From: the human T2T-CHM13v2.0 reference genome, Homo sapiens
Assembly (NCBI RefSeq): GCF_009914755.1
Contig: NC_060935.1
Direction: 5' to 3' (one strand)
Length of the DNA stretch: 64,000 nt
Every line of letters starts with the position of its first letter. Positions within the stretch are counted from its first letter, which is position 1. The notes below the pieces were generated by a model. It saw only the letters and a list, made by a program, of their open reading frames with translations, was not told the DNA's origin and ran no database searches. A program made the translations under genes and the position numbers. Shown in pieces: positions 18,439-35,709 of the stretch.

Positions 18439-19333
18439 AGATTCATGAAGAACTCAGAAAAGAACAACACAGTGGAAAGGGGAAGAGGGAAGTCCTATCT
18501 TTTTTCAAACACAGACTAAGACATTTCTAACCTCCAGAACAGTGGGCATAGCTTCAAGAGTAGCCATATAGATTTAGGTTAGACAGCTGGCAGAACCTGA
18601 TAATTAAACAAGGTAGAGAGCTCTTAGGAAGCTTTTTAAAATGCAGTGGTTTTTAGGCCCCATTCCTGCCTCACAGAATTATACTGTTTCAGGAGAGAAC
18701 AGAAAGGAAATGCTTTATGATTGCAATCTTCCCTTCTGTGCCCATGGGGCAAGGGATACTTCTGACTCCCACAGATGCAACATCAGTGATCTGGTGAGAA
18801 CAAACAAGGTTTTCTTCCCCAGAGCACTCAGGATCCCTGGAGAGAGTGTGGAACATGGCATCCTAGAATATTAGAAGGGTAAGGGACTGAGAGATTGCCT
18901 ATATTAGTCAGGCACTAGGGGCTCACTAAATAACAACTCTCTTTTCACCCACATTCTGAACCAACTGAGAAATAGGGCACAGAAAACCAACAGATGGGGA
19001 TCAATATGTCAGCTTTATGACTGATAAGAGCTAGACTGGGAGATATGGTTTAGAAGTGAGGTCAAATGGGCTTGCTTACACTGTTCCCAGAATAAACTTC
19101 CCACCTAGTTACAGGCAGTGCTGGAAAGACTGCTGGCCTTATCTTATGGGGATCTGCCTCTGTTGTGGCACATAGAGGAACAGAATAACTGTCCCCTTTA
19201 ATCAAGCTGGCTCCCAAAGAGAAGAAAGAGAAGGCATTAAACTAACCATGCCAAACTTACTAATTAGATAATTCATATCTTCTTCATGGAGAAGAATGAA
19301 TAAGGGGTGGAAAGAGAGGCCAGGAATTCTGCT

Positions 19334-19505
19334 CTAGTGATTTTCAAATTTTAGTAAGCATCAGAGTCACCTGGCGAGCTTGTTATACCACAGATTGCTG
19401 GCGTCCACTCCCAGAACCCTGCAGTAGGGCCTGATAAACTGTGTTTTTAAACAGATTCCCACATGAGACGGTTATCTAGGGACCACACTTTGAGAACCGC
19501 TTCTC
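19334..19505. mobile_element. MER5A-like hAT MITE
   Basis: gcatcagagtcacctgg...acagattgctgg...ccacactttgagaacc. Confidence 0.75.
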
Positions 19506-19607
19506 AAAGGAAATCTCTCCACTTGGAAACATTAGGAGAATAAGTGTTGCTCTTGACAGCCAGATCTTGTTTGGTTGCTAGTGACAAAGCCAACTCAAAC
19601 TGAAATG

Positions 19608-19843
19608 CAGGCTGAGTATTCCTAATCTGAAAATCCAAAATCTGAAATGCTTCAAAATCTGAAATTTTTTGAACACCAACATGATGTTCAAAGGAAATGC
19701 TCATTGGAGCATTTCAGATTTCAGATTTTCCAATTAGGGATGCTCAGCCGGTAAAAAGAAAGCAAATACTCCAGAAACCAAAAAAATCTGAAATCTGAAA
19801 CACTTCTGGTTCCAATCATTTTAGATAAGGGATACCCAACCTG
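19608..19843. mobile_element. Tigger4a/MER46-like MITE
   Basis: Terminal inverted ends caggctgagtattcctaatct / agataagggatacccaacctg; internal aaaggaaatgctcattggagcatttc. Confidence 0.8.
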
Positions 19844-20040
19844 TTAAAAAAAGAAAAGGTTATTGGTTCATATAGCTAAATGATATAACAGTCAATTTAA
19901 GTTCAAGCACTACTAGACTCATAGACTCAAATGATGCCTTCAGAACTCTGTATCTCTCAGCTCTGTTCTGCATGGCTCTAGTCATAAGGGGGGTTTCCTC
20001 TGGTGTTGGCAAGATGACTCCACTTATATTTTCCCTAAGC

Positions 20041-20207
20041 CAGTGTTTCTCAAACGTGAGCACTATTCAGAATCACCTGGAGGCCTTGTTAAAGCACAGA
20101 TTGCTGGGCCCCACCCCTGGAGTCCCTAATTCAGCAGGACTTGGGTAACAACTGAGAATTTTCATTTCTAGCAAATTCCCAGGAGCCACATTTTGAGAAC
20201 CACTTCT
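20041..20207. mobile_element. MER5A-like hAT MITE
   Basis: cagtgtttctcaaac...cagaatcacctgga...ttttgagaaccact. Confidence 0.8.
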
Positions 20208-20855
20208 CTAAGCAGTTTCTGAAGAAAAGAAAGAGGTTTTATCTCTCCTGACTGTTCTTTTCCAAACCATTCAAAAAACAAATAAAATAAGACCTGGAAT
20301 TGATTCTCATTAGCTCCAACTGGACGGATTTGAGCTGAATGCCCGTGTCCCTGAGCCAACAACTGTTCTGATGTTCTCATCAGCCAGGCTTGGGTCAGAA
20401 GTTTCCTTAAGTACTCCAGAGGTACCTGGAGATGCAAGTGAGGTTAACTCCACATGAGCTATCCAGACTGAAAATGGGTGAGGGATAGAGCTACATAAAG
20501 GTGCTTTTAGAAAATGACAAATGAATGCTGGTGGGCACTAACAACAGAGGTTCTCTACCCTTTGTTTCATAGATTAAGAAACAGAGAGGTTAAGTGGCTG
20601 TTCTGTTTTATCCCACTTGGAAGATAAAAGTTTTTTGAAAGGGCAGCTTGGCATAACAGACAGAGCATGCATGGGTTTTAAACTAAGAAAACCCATCCTC
20701 ACCACAGACAAATTGACTGGTTTGGGGCAGATCACTAAGCCCCTTTAGTGTTTCATTCCTCTCTTTAGTTTTTTAAAATGAAAGTAATAACACCTACTCA
20801 CAGGGTGGGATGAGAGTGTGATGATTTTCTAGAACATGTAACACTTCTTTATTAG

Positions 20856-21172
<317 letters not shown>

Positions 21173-21799
21173 TAAATTATTTTAAAAGTTGATGTGAATT
21201 ATAATGTATGAAAATTGAAACTACCTAGAGTTACTACTTTTTGTTTTATAAGTACTATTTTCCCCCTACAAAATAGGCAAGATGAAATATTTGGTAACAC
21301 TATTGAGTGAAAGTCTGAGGAAAGACACTTTAATTTATTGCTGATTGAGCTCAGCCCATATCCTAGGACCTTCCATTTTCCTCAGTGGCCCAGTGCCTCA
21401 TGGAATTTTATCTCTTTACCTGAGGGATTTTTTTTCTGAACTGTGGAAGTCCGTGCTGGCCACCAGCAGGCCAGGCCAGGGTATTATCCCAATTCACACC
21501 TCCACATCCCAGAGCAGCTTTCCTCCTATGACTCCTGGGAGTTTCACCTTCTTCACCTTTGATAAGGAAATTCCAGAAGTAAGTATTTTGCACCATTTCT
21601 CAGAATTATTCACTGTAGTATCTGGCTTAATAACACATCCCTTTAATGGCTGCCTTCCCATCCCTGCGTCATTCCCTCTCCCCCAGCTTTCTGGTGTTCC
21701 CTGCACCTCCCAAATATACAAATGCACTAGAATCATTGTCACAAAGATAGGTTGTTCTGGAGGAACCTCAATCAAGATATAAATAGTCCCCGGGAGTGG

Positions 21800-22880
<1,081 letters not shown>

Positions 22881-25227
22881 AAAATGAATGTGGAAAAAGA
22901 TTTTATATTCAGAAAGTTATTTTGAGTCATTTCAGAAACACATTTATTTGTGTAAAGTTAGATGTAACTACAAACCACAAAACTACAAATTGCAATATGT
23001 CCAACAAATGTGTACCAACAGCCACCTAGAGCTTTAAAGGTTTAGATAATGTGTTAATTAATCAGAGAGGTAGAAAGAATAAAAGACAGGTTAAGTTGTT
23101 GAAGATCCCAAAGTCACAGTTGGGGGACTTGGAAGCTCTCATTATAAATAACATCTCACCTATCCTGTGAACCTGCTATGAGATTAGAATGTACATGTTA
23201 TAGGTGAGGAGACTAAGGCTAGAGAGCTGAAGGGACTGGCTGAAGGTCACTTAAGCAGAACTTGAATTCCAGGTCTATCTGACCCCAAGGCAAGATATGT
23301 GCCAACATCCCCTCAGTGCTATCTATTAAAGATTCAGACCTTGATAAGAGGTGATAAGAGCATTGAATAAGGGGTCATCGCCCAAGGTCCAGGCCTGAAA
23401 GTACTCTAGTAAGCAGGAAGGATAGCCATTTGGTCTTTGGCCCCTTTGTACAGATTTTCATGCCAGAGCCAGAGCATAGAGTCCACATCTTTCTGTGACT
23501 ACAGCATGACAATGCCATACTACAGGGAGGGAATCTATCAAAACTGGTTTGGAAAATATTTTTGACAAACATCTAGTAAACACATTTTTTGTGCACTAAG
23601 CTGAAAGTTCTTGAAAGTACAGATCATTTTGCCTTTGTAGCCCCTGGCTCAGTGCCTGGCACATAGAGGTTTCTCAGAAAATATTTGGTGAGTGAATGAA
23701 TGAGCCAACAGTTGGCAGCACAGTGTGAGGCAATGCAGGAAGTCCAAAGAAGTAAAATACACAGTGCTAGGTTATAACTCAGTTGAGGAGACAAGACAAA
23801 AATATCACAATACTTAGGTAAGCATAGGAGACAGGCTATAAATAAGGCCCCCGTGTCAAATGAAGCCTGAGCTACATGCAATCAGAAGTAGAAGAATAGC
23901 CCTGTACAGTACAGTGATGGGAATATGTCATCTAGATAGGCAGAGATCAAGAGGAAGGCATTCTAGGGAAGACAATTTCTAGTGGAGATGTTTTATAAGC
24001 CCAAAAGCTTGACACAGGGGAAAAAAACTATAAGATTTGGAATTAGGCCCAAGGTTTGAATCCCAGATCTACCCTTTATTGATGGGCACAATTACTTAAC
24101 CCCTCTGATAAGGATACTATCTCACAAGACCATTGTGAGAATTAAGCTAATTATATTGAGAACCTAGTCCAGTGACTCACTCATGGTAGGTGTTCGATAA
24201 ATGATTTTTCACCTTCATACATGGAACCCAAAAGTCTTCAGCCAATGGCTACAGGTAACAGTGAAGAAAGGGTGCTGGCTGGAACACTGGGAGAGATTTA
24301 GGGGGCTAAGCTCCAGGAAACAGACTGGGATGGAAGTAATGTGGGGTGGGAGAATGGGACTTCAGAGCCAGACTGAGATAGTTGGACTCTACAGCCCCAC
24401 CTGTGGCCATTTTAGATGGCTGGTATTAAGGATCTTGTCCTTCCTAGAATGCTAGGCTGAAGACAAACTGGCAAGAAGGAGGACTAAGGAGAGGGCAGAG
24501 GAAAGATACTTTTCTCCAAGCCCTGAGATCCTCCAGACCTTGAGCCAGCTGGAGAATAATGGGGAACTGAAGTCCCCCAATAGTATGTGGGGCCTCCCCA
24601 GATCCAGGGACAGTCTAAAACTGGATTCGGGTAGTGGGGCCAAGGGAGATCCTCCACTGCTGCCCCTGAACATCACCTTAGCCCCACAGCCTCAGTGAGC
24701 AATCCAAGCTCCAAGCCTAGACACAAAGCCCTCTCCTCCTCTAGATCTTAGTCTCCCTCCCTTGGCTTGTTGCTCTTTGCTCCTTCACTTATCTTTGTTT
24801 CTGTTTTAGTCTCTATCTCAGCTTTTCTGTCTCTGTTCCAATTGTTCTCTCCTTCTGTCTTTGTTTCTATCTAAAAGTTTCTTTTTCCATTTTACTCACA
24901 TTTCTCTGAATAACAAGGCATGGCTCCCTGGGAAATTTTCTTTGCGTTACAAAAACCCAAAACAAAGCAAAACAAAGACACCCAATAAGCCCGGGTGTTT
25001 TGGTATTCACAAAAGCATATGAATCTAAAAGCCAGTAATAATTTAGATTCATACCTCTATACCATAAACAAAAATATATCTTAGACTATTAAAGAGTTAA
25101 ACATAGAAAAGCCAAATCACGGAAAAACTGCAGGAAATTGAATTTACTATTTATCAGATCTTTGAAGGAATGGTAACTTTCAAAGCATTAAAGCAAAGAA
25201 GAAATCATGAAGGAAAAGATTTTTATT

Positions 25228-25684
<457 letters not shown>

Positions 25685-27271
25685 TGAAGCTTCTGAACAA
25701 AGAAAAGTAACAAGATAAAAATAAAAAGTTTTCAGTAAAGCAAATAATAAATATTTAAATTATATAAAGTTCATATCATAAAAAGAACAATTAAAGCCTG
25801 AGTAAACATATTATCCATAAGTTGAAAAATGTCAACATAAGTAAAAATGCTTAGCTTCTTATTTTCAGGCATATGCAATTAAAACATTAATGAGAACCTT
25901 TTCCCTGCCATTATTCTAGCAAAAAGCAAAACAATGATAATACACAATGCTTGTGGTTAGGTAAATTTGTACAACACTTTTGGACTGGTATTTGGCAATA
26001 ATTATCAAGAAACTTTAAACTATTTGTACCTTTGTTCCTTAATTCCATTCCAAGAGATTTATCCCAAGGCAGCAGATTTTAAACTATGCTTCTGGCAAGC
26101 CAAGAAGTGCTACAGAATTGTCTGTGGAACTGATAGTAGGGATATACATTAACCAAGGTTTGGGGCTATAAGCAAGAAAAACTAACCCTGATTACCTTAA
26201 GCAAAAGGGCAATCCACAGGGAAAACTTGGACACAACAGAATCAATGAGAAGCTACAAAACCATGTTCTGAAAATAGGCAGGAAACAAGAGAATTCCAGA
26301 GGGCTAGGCAGCTGGAACTACACTACAGGTCACGGAGCAAGAACAGTTAGGTGCATGTGGCACTGCTGCTGAGAGGAAAATGACCTCTAATTACCCCCAA
26401 ACTGTCATATGCCCGTGATTCATAAGAAAGGATGTCTGATTGACTGAACCTAAATCACATGCCTCAGGCTTTTCAAGGAAGCAGGAGGTGAGGGTGAAGA
26501 CTCTAGGTCTCTGGTTTCCTAATGGGTGATGGGAACTACCTCTCAAATCTACACACATATGGGGAACCCTCAAGCAGAAGACTTGGGTACTAATTGCAGG
26601 ATGATATGGATGCTGGACAGCTGAAAAGCAGGAAATATTTATCAACTACTGGGTGATATTCAGAGATGCCGACCACATAAAGCTCTCAGCTTCCTACCCC
26701 CACTTCAACCAGAGCAACTCCACTTTCATCACCTTTTCCAAATAGGCTTCCAGGCAAGATTTTGTCTGCTGAAAGGTTTCTGCAGCTTCAACACATTTAA
26801 GAAGCCCTTGTGGATCGCCAAGAAGGCTGGCTTAATATACCTTACCAACTGTTTTCTCCTTTGCTGTCTTCCAGTGACAAGACTGGAACAATGCTTATTT
26901 TTCTAGTCTCCCTTACAGGTGGAGGTGGCCATGTAACACAATTCTAATCAAATGAGACATTAAGTCTGTATCCACTGGAGGTTATCTGGGGATGATAAAG
27001 ACAAAAATGTAGACCTGACTGGCATTATCTCTACCTCTTTCTGCCATGAATGCTGATGTTACAACTGCAACTTCAGCAGCCACTTTGAGAACATAAACAT
27101 GAGAAAATGGCCAAGAGAACCAAAGCCAACATCCACCCACCTCTGAATCTCTTGTTATATGAGAAACATAGCCTCTTACTTTAAAAGCAATTTTAAGAAG
27201 TTTTCTTTCCTTGCAGCTCATATAATTATTTATTGATATATCCCTAAGGGAAAAATCTAGAAGAAGTAAAA

Positions 27272-27310
27272 ATATATACATATATATGCATATATTTGTG
27301 TGTGTGTGTG

Positions 27311-27346
<36 letters not shown>
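27272..27346. repeat. (TA)/(TG)/(TA)/(GA) compound microsatellite
   Basis: Seen directly. Confidence 0.92.
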
Positions 27347-27349
<3 letters not shown>

Positions 27350-27896
27350 TTGTTCATTACAGAATTTTCCAAACTGGTTTAAAAAAATAACTAAATCTAA
27401 ATGTCTATCTATAGGAGATTGCTTAAATAAATTACAGTCTATCCACTAGATGAAATACTATGCCACTATGCCTGTAGTGAGATAAATAATTTTGAAGCTA
27501 TTATATGTTTATGACATAATAGTAATTAAAACCCTAGAATGAGTAATTGTATCTATGTTATGTACTATACATACAAACCCAGCTATCTGCAGTGGCCACT
27601 GTCACCTTTAAAGGAACTGAATCATCCACTGCACCTGATGAGCAGAGCAGCTATAAACATGTTCTGTGCTGTGTGGCTCACTGACCACCCTCCACTCCAC
27701 ACAGCTGATTGGCTCAGGGGTGGACATCTGATCCAGAGTACCCAACATCCTTTGAGATGCTTATTGCAAAACTCTCTGCTCAAACAGGGGTGAATTGGTC
27801 CAGTAAGATTCTCATCCTTTGGAATCAAAATTGGTAGAATACCAAGAGAATCAGGCAAATCGAATCAGGAGCTGAAGTTTAAAGAATACACAGAAT

Positions 27897-28710
<814 letters not shown>

Positions 28711-29506
28711 AAACAAAAAACGAAAACAAAATATAGACTATGTCATCAAGCAAGGGCCATGAGAGGCTATGAACTCATGTGTTATAAGGAACCAGAAAAT
28801 ATTAGGCTAAGAAAAGATAGAGTACAGTGTGAAGAAGTCAGCCAGGTGAACAGAGAGACAGAGGTAGACACAGAAAAAAAGGAAAGCCCAAAGAGTAGCT
28901 AACTTAGGTAAACAGCAGTGTTAGACTGAGGATCAAGAATTCTAGAGAGCTGCCTTAGATTCAGAACAGCTTTCTAGGTCCAGTCCTACAGGCTTAGCTG
29001 GACTCCAGCCTCTTTTGGCTAAATGGTTTCAATGAGACCCTGTAGCCAGTGTGAGTATGCATTCCTGGGAACCATAATAGTTTAGCATAGCTGTAAAAAT
29101 TATCTTTGCATATAGAGAGGGACAGGAACATGAACAAATAAAAACCATCCATTTGTTAGAGAAGGATTTTTGTGGATATTTCTTTTGAAGAATTCATTAT
29201 TGTTGCTCTAATGTTGTTTTTACATTAAATAACAATTTTGTTTTAAAACCACTGTGGAGCTCCTGGGATAAAGCCTTAAGTATGTGTGTATTACTGACTT
29301 TGCAATACTGGTTTCCAAGAATTTATTTTAAGAATATAATCAGAGATAAGGCATGAAAATGTAAATTCTTGAATCCTTATTATAGCATTGTTGTAGTAGA
29401 AAAAAATGGAAACTACTTAAATGTCAAACAACAGAGTATTGGTTAAATAAATTATGATATATCCATAGAATGGGATGCTGCACAACCATTAAAAAATCAT
29501 ATTGTA

Positions 29507-29853
<347 letters not shown>

Positions 29854-30279
29854 TTACTGCTAAGCAAAATACAACAACAACAAAAAAAAACTTACAAAAT
29901 AATAACTACAACGTGACACCCTTTCTTTTGTACAGAGAATAAAGCATGCTATCACAGGCATAAAATACTGAAGGGACAGATACTAACATGTTAACAACAG
30001 TTGCTCTTGGGTTGCGAGGCAGGGGTAGTTAGAAGAAATGTTTGTATTTTTCCTTTATACTATTTTGCTTTTTTCGTGTTTTCCTACCTTGAGTACCTTG
30101 TTTGCCTAATTAAAGAGGTGGGGAGAGGAGGAGATTTCCTCTCCCGCTTTTAATTTTTTTTTTTTTTTAAAGAAAATCACGCTGACTGTGTGCCTAGGAA
30201 ACTATTGCCAGAATTTCCAACATCTCCCACAGCCCGGTGCTTGGGGAAACCAGAACTAAGTGAAAGACTTTCTCTCTGA

Positions 30280-30860
30280 GAGCAAAGTGCGCAGGTGACA
30301 GGAGAGAAGGGCAGAGGAAAGAAATGGGTTGGACCGATCCGAGAACGGGCAGGCTGGCGTGCCGACGGTCGCCAGCAGACAGCCCTCTCCCTAGCGGAGC
30401 GCTCGCCCCAGCCTCTGCCCAGAAGGCCCGGGGCGACGCGCTCGGATGCGTGGCTCCGGAAGGGCACTGAGCTAGAACATGCTGGGGCACCGCGCGGGCA
30501 CCCAGGTGCCGCTGGCGCCGCTGACGAGGGGTGCTAGCAGGCTGTGCTCGAGGAGCTAGGAAGCTGTAAGCCTGTGAAAAGCCAAGCCAACCAGGCAGAG
30601 CGGCTCCGCAACAGCTAGCCCCGGCCGGGGCCTGCCCAGCGCTGCGTTGACCGCCGGAGCCCGCGTGCCGCTGCAGCGGAGCCATCATGAAGCGGCTTCC
30701 TGGCCAGGCCGTCCTGGCAGCCCGCCCGCCCCGCCCGCTGCGGAGCAGTGCCCGGGGAACGAAGGCAGGCGGGGATCATGTGCTGCGCGCTCAGGAGCCC
30801 TTGGCATTCCTCGCGGGGCGGCAGCTCTCCCCTCCATTTCCACCCAGGGGGGCTATCGGT
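30280..30860. promoter_or_regulatory. Second (orphan) CpG island ~22 kb upstream of RRAS2; likely promoter/enhancer
   Basis: Abrupt CpG-dense, non-repeat block flanked by AT-rich repeat DNA. Confidence 0.8.
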
Positions 30861-31744
30861 CTTACTTTAAAAAGACAAAAACACAAATTACGGTGACGCA
30901 AAAGAAATATAAAAACAGGAGTCAGAGGACCTAGATTTGATTGTCAACCCATGTGACCATGAGCAGGTCACATTCATGCCTCTGCTTCCCTATCTGTGAC
31001 ATGGATATAATGATCCTATTTGTCCCAAGAGGTAGCCGTGAGTCTTATTAATGAAGATACAAATGATATAAGAGTAATGAAAACTGCTTTGCAAATTATG
31101 AAGGATAAGCTGATGCCAGTCCCTGTTCGCTAGATGTATACATTTCAGGACTTCGTAGTTCTTTAATTTTGAATGTTATTTGTGTGTATTGGTAAATCAT
31201 CACTTTCCACTTTCCACAGTTTAAAATGGAAGACTATAGTGCAGTGATAGCTTAGAACTGGGAAGGAAATCAGGTCCAAAGCAAAGGAGAGCACACACCT
31301 GCCAATATAAAGATCAATAACATTTCTGACACTGGGTTTGGAGTTGAGTTCTGAGTTTCACAGCAGTCAAAGTGTAAAAGGAACCACGATCAGATGTTGT
31401 ACTCATTATCAGAAAAGATTAGTACAGAGGAGAAGGTTAAGCAAGACAAGTGCCCTCAGGAAAAAATGGGATGTTCTCTAAATCCGCATTCCCCAAGTAT
31501 CAGTCGTTTACATACCATCTTCATGTGTTTTGCTGTATTTATATGCCACATGTACATTTAGTTAACGAATATTTTTTCTTTAAAACAGTCTAACAAAAAA
31601 TATTTCCTAATAAAAAATATATATTACTCCCTTAAGTGTTTGTTCTATATTTTCCCTGATATAATTTACTTTATTAAGAAATACATAACCATTAAATTTA
31701 AAATGTTCATTCTCTAACCACCTAATGTCATCTTATATGCCACG

Positions 31745-32103
31745 TGTATTAGTCCGTTTTCACACTGTTATAAAGAATACCGGAGACTGGGTAAGTTATA
31801 AAGAATAGAGGTTTCATTGACTCACCATTCCGAATGGCTGGGGAGGCCTCAGGAAATTTACAATCATGGCAGAAGAGGAAGGGGAAGCAAGGACCTTCTT
31901 CACATTTGTGACAGGAGGAGGCAGGGGGAAAGTGCCATACTTCAAAACCATCAGCTCTTATGAGAACTCACTCACTATCACAAGAACAGCATGGGGGAAC
32001 AACCCCCATGATCCAATCACCTCCCACCAGTTCCCTCCCTCAACACGTGGGGCTTACAATTCTAAATGAGATTTGGGTGGGGACACAGATCCAAATAATA
32101 TCA
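31745..32103 (-). mobile_element. THE1/MSTA-type MaLR solo LTR
   Basis: tgtattagtccgttttcacactg...gagatttgggtggggacacag; perfect 5-bp TSD ccacg (31740-31744; 32104-32108). Confidence 0.9.
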
Positions 32104-33430
32104 CCACGTAAGATGTCCGAGTGCATAATGTGTGCAGGCTATGTATAGCACACTTTGGGAAACTCTCTTCTTCTTGTTTGATGAGCCCCTTACAGAGCCC
32201 ATCATGGCATGTCCACACTGACAGAGATCCTAGATATCACCAGGGCCAATTCCCTTTGCAGACTCTACTAGCAGACAGAGGCCCAGCAAAAGGACCAGAC
32301 TTGCCCAGGATAACCCATTATGGGAGGGACAGGCTGATGCCTCCTAACCTCCAGTCCTATGTCTTTGGCTCCCTTTACACACTACCTCTCCCTAGGTCCC
32401 TCCACTCCCCCTACCTCCCACCATCCTGTTGACCCCTCAGTCAGGGCTTGTGCCCATGAGAGCCTAATAATATGCCCCTGTCTGAGTCTAAGAGAAGGTA
32501 AGTTGATACAATTTGGGCGGCACCCCAGAACCACCTTGGATTCTCTCCTGGTCTCTTTTCTTAGATTATGAACTCCAGGAGGGGAAGAGCCATGATTAGG
32601 AGGTTGGTGTGAGATAGCAGGTGAAGAGGCAGAGTTATATAGAGCTCATCTTCCCAAGTAGGTACTGAATAGGCTTTGGACAAATTGCACAGGATAAAGA
32701 GAAGTAGCCAGAAGAATTGTAGAATTTCCAGGGCTCAGAACTACTATCAGGCCACAGCTTCTGGTGGGGCGGGTTGTACTCTGAAGGAAGACACCTGCAG
32801 AGGAGGCAACTCAGGATCTCCTACCTGAGGCTGAGGCAGCAGGCAGAGAGGAGGCTGTTTTAACTGGGCTCCCAGAGGAGCTGCCTTTCACAATTTGTTC
32901 ACCTGAGGGGTACCTGCTTGTAATATGCTCTAAGGTGCCATATGAGCTAGCAGAGCCTACATGGATCCCAAAGAAAATTATGGCAGTCAAGGACTATGAG
33001 GTAATAATCTGAAACTCAAATGGGTCCTCTGGGGCCCAACAGGGATATGTCTTCCTCACCTAAAGGCCCCTGCAGAGCTGATGAGCAGTGCTGCCTTGGA
33101 CCAGTGAGGATAACCTGCAGAGCTCATCAGAGCTAAGCACCAATAAGATTCAGGTTGGGAGGGTGGAGTACAGAGACCCCACAAAGTCTAGCAATAATGC
33201 TGCCAACACTCAAGGTAGACAGAAGAACAATCTTTTCAGCTCTGCTTAGCCTCTGCCAGGTGTTGCTATTGGGAAGGCTGTGGGCTGAAGGAACAAGCCC
33301 TGGATTAGGAGCCAGAAGGCTAGAGTTCTCACTCTGGCTCTGTGTGATGTTGGGCAAGTTTCTTTGCCACTCTGGGCTTCAGTTTCCTCATCTACACATT
33401 TTCCTAATTCTTGTTCTGCTGTAAAAATTA

Positions 33431-33806
<376 letters not shown>

Positions 33807-34351
33807 TCAGCTAAGGACACAGATACATAAACAGGATTTACAAAAGAGACTGGCACAAAAGCAATGATCTTGCTTCTTGCTCAAGGCAGCACAGTGAGTG
33901 GCAGAGTGAGGACTAGAATACAGGGCCCAGACCTTGATGTAGAGACATAATAATCATATAAATGATTAATGAAGTGGCTAATCATAAATGTGACAGTTGC
34001 CACAAAGGAAAGGTAGAGGATGCTATGCGAACACACAACAGATCGTAACATGATGTATACGCTGTGGTAAAGATTCTGGATGTTCCCCAAAGAGTAATAG
34101 GAAATCATCTAAGCAAAATGGTGATAGTAAGAGGCTGCTGCAATGAAGACCAGATTGGAAGGATGCAAGAGTGGAGGCATGGAGGCCTGTTAGGTGACTC
34201 TTGCAATAATTCAGACAAGAGATGTTAATGACATGGGTTAGGGAAGTGGGGTGACTAGACCAATGAGGCATAAAACTATCAGGACTCAATGACTGATTCC
34301 ATGTGAAAAGAGAAAGGGAGAAGGCCATGTTAAAGGCAACACTCACGTTAC

Positions 34352-34778
34352 TGATAGAGACAGAAGACAGCCAAGGGTCCCCAGCAAAATCCCAGCTTCA
34401 AGCCTAAAAAAGCCTGAAGATTGAAAAACCAGACTGCTGGTCCCAGATGAAGCCCACCCTTTCCCAGCTGATTCTCTCTGAATAATGTCCACCTGCACAC
34501 TGGGGGAAAGGGGTGGAGCCTCAGGAAGTTTGTGCCCTAGGCAGCGGAGGAGCCTGTTCTCTTCAGCTGAGTGGTGACCTGGGTGGGAATGAATCTGTGA
34601 AGTGGAGGGCCTGTTAGCATGACTCCATCTCACTTGCTGAGTTGTTTTTTTCTTTTTTTCCTTTTTGTTCAATAAAGTTCTGCTTTACTTGCCCTTCAAT
34701 GCATCCACATGCCTAATTTTCTTGGTCCTGTGGCAAGAACCCAAGTTTAGCTGAACTAAGGAATAAAGTTCTACAACA
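34352..34778 (+). mobile_element. ERV1 solo LTR (MER61-like), inserted in an L2 remnant
   Basis: TG...CA ends; AATAAA at ~34671; 4-bp TSD ttac (34348-34351; 34779-34782), typical of ERV1. Confidence 0.8.
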
Positions 34779-35345
34779 TTACTGGAATGAAAAATAGGGT
34801 GAATGATGGTGCCATTTACTGAGATCAGGGTACTAGGGGGGAGCACGTTTTAGGGTGATCTTTAGTTCAACTTTAGGGACATTGGGTTTTCTAGTTGTGG
34901 TGGTTGTGTTTTAATTTGGTTTGGTCTGAGAATGCCGAGTTTGCCTATGAAATTGAGAAAGTAGTTGGGTATGGAGGTCCCTTGATCAATGAGAGGATTG
35001 GGTTTTGGAATCAACCCACTGGCAACTGAAGGCACAGTGGACAGAGACAGGCAACCTGCCTATCCCTAAAGCATAGCGGAGAATAGATGGTACACAGGCT
35101 TTGGAATGGCACTCATTGGTTTTTTGTTCCCTTTTAACCAGCGGCCATGTGACCCTGGTCAATTTGCTTAATCAATCTGAGCATAAGACTCCTCATTTAT
35201 AACATGGAAATAATGATTCCTACCTCACTGAATTATCATGAGAATTATACTATATTACAATTCACAATTCAAAAGACTCTCACCTACTTACTATATGTAA
35301 GGATATTTCAGACAAACACTGTATCTTATAAACTTGGTGTGAAAT

Positions 35346-35709
35346 TGCTATGATCTGAATGTTTGTGTCCCCTTAAAATTTATATGCTGAAATCCTAACC
35401 CCAGAGGTAATGATGGTATTGGGAGGTGGGGCCTTTGGGAGATGATTAAGTCATGATGGCAAAGCCCTTATGAATGGGATTAGTGCCCTTATAAAAGAAA
35501 CCCCAGAGGGATCCCTCTCCCCTTCCACATGTGAGGTTGCAGTGAGAGGGCAGCCAACTGTGAGGAAACTGGCCCTCACCAGAACCCAACCATGCTGGCA
35601 CCCTGATCTTAGACTTCCCAGCCTCCAGAACTGTGAGCAATATAGTTCTGCTGTTTATAGCCACTCAGTCTATAGTATTTTATTATAGCAGCCTGAACAG
35701 ACTAAGACA
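35346..35709 (+). mobile_element. MLT1A-type MaLR solo LTR
   Basis: tgctatgatctgaatgtttgtgtcccc...gcagcctgaacagactaagaca; TSD gaaat/gaagt. Confidence 0.85.

Noticed and set aside
30194-30688. 164-aa minus-strand ORF across the orphan CpG island
   Set aside because: No recognisable domain; expected by chance at this GC content
30836-30856. CTCF-like ccacccagggggg
   Set aside because: Several core mismatches on alignment to CCASYAGRKGGCR; not supportable without ChIP
33068-33135. CTGATGAG on both strands within an inverted/direct repeat (hammerhead-like core)
   Set aside because: No GAAA core segment or stem II/III pairing found on either strand; likely a small local inversion/duplication
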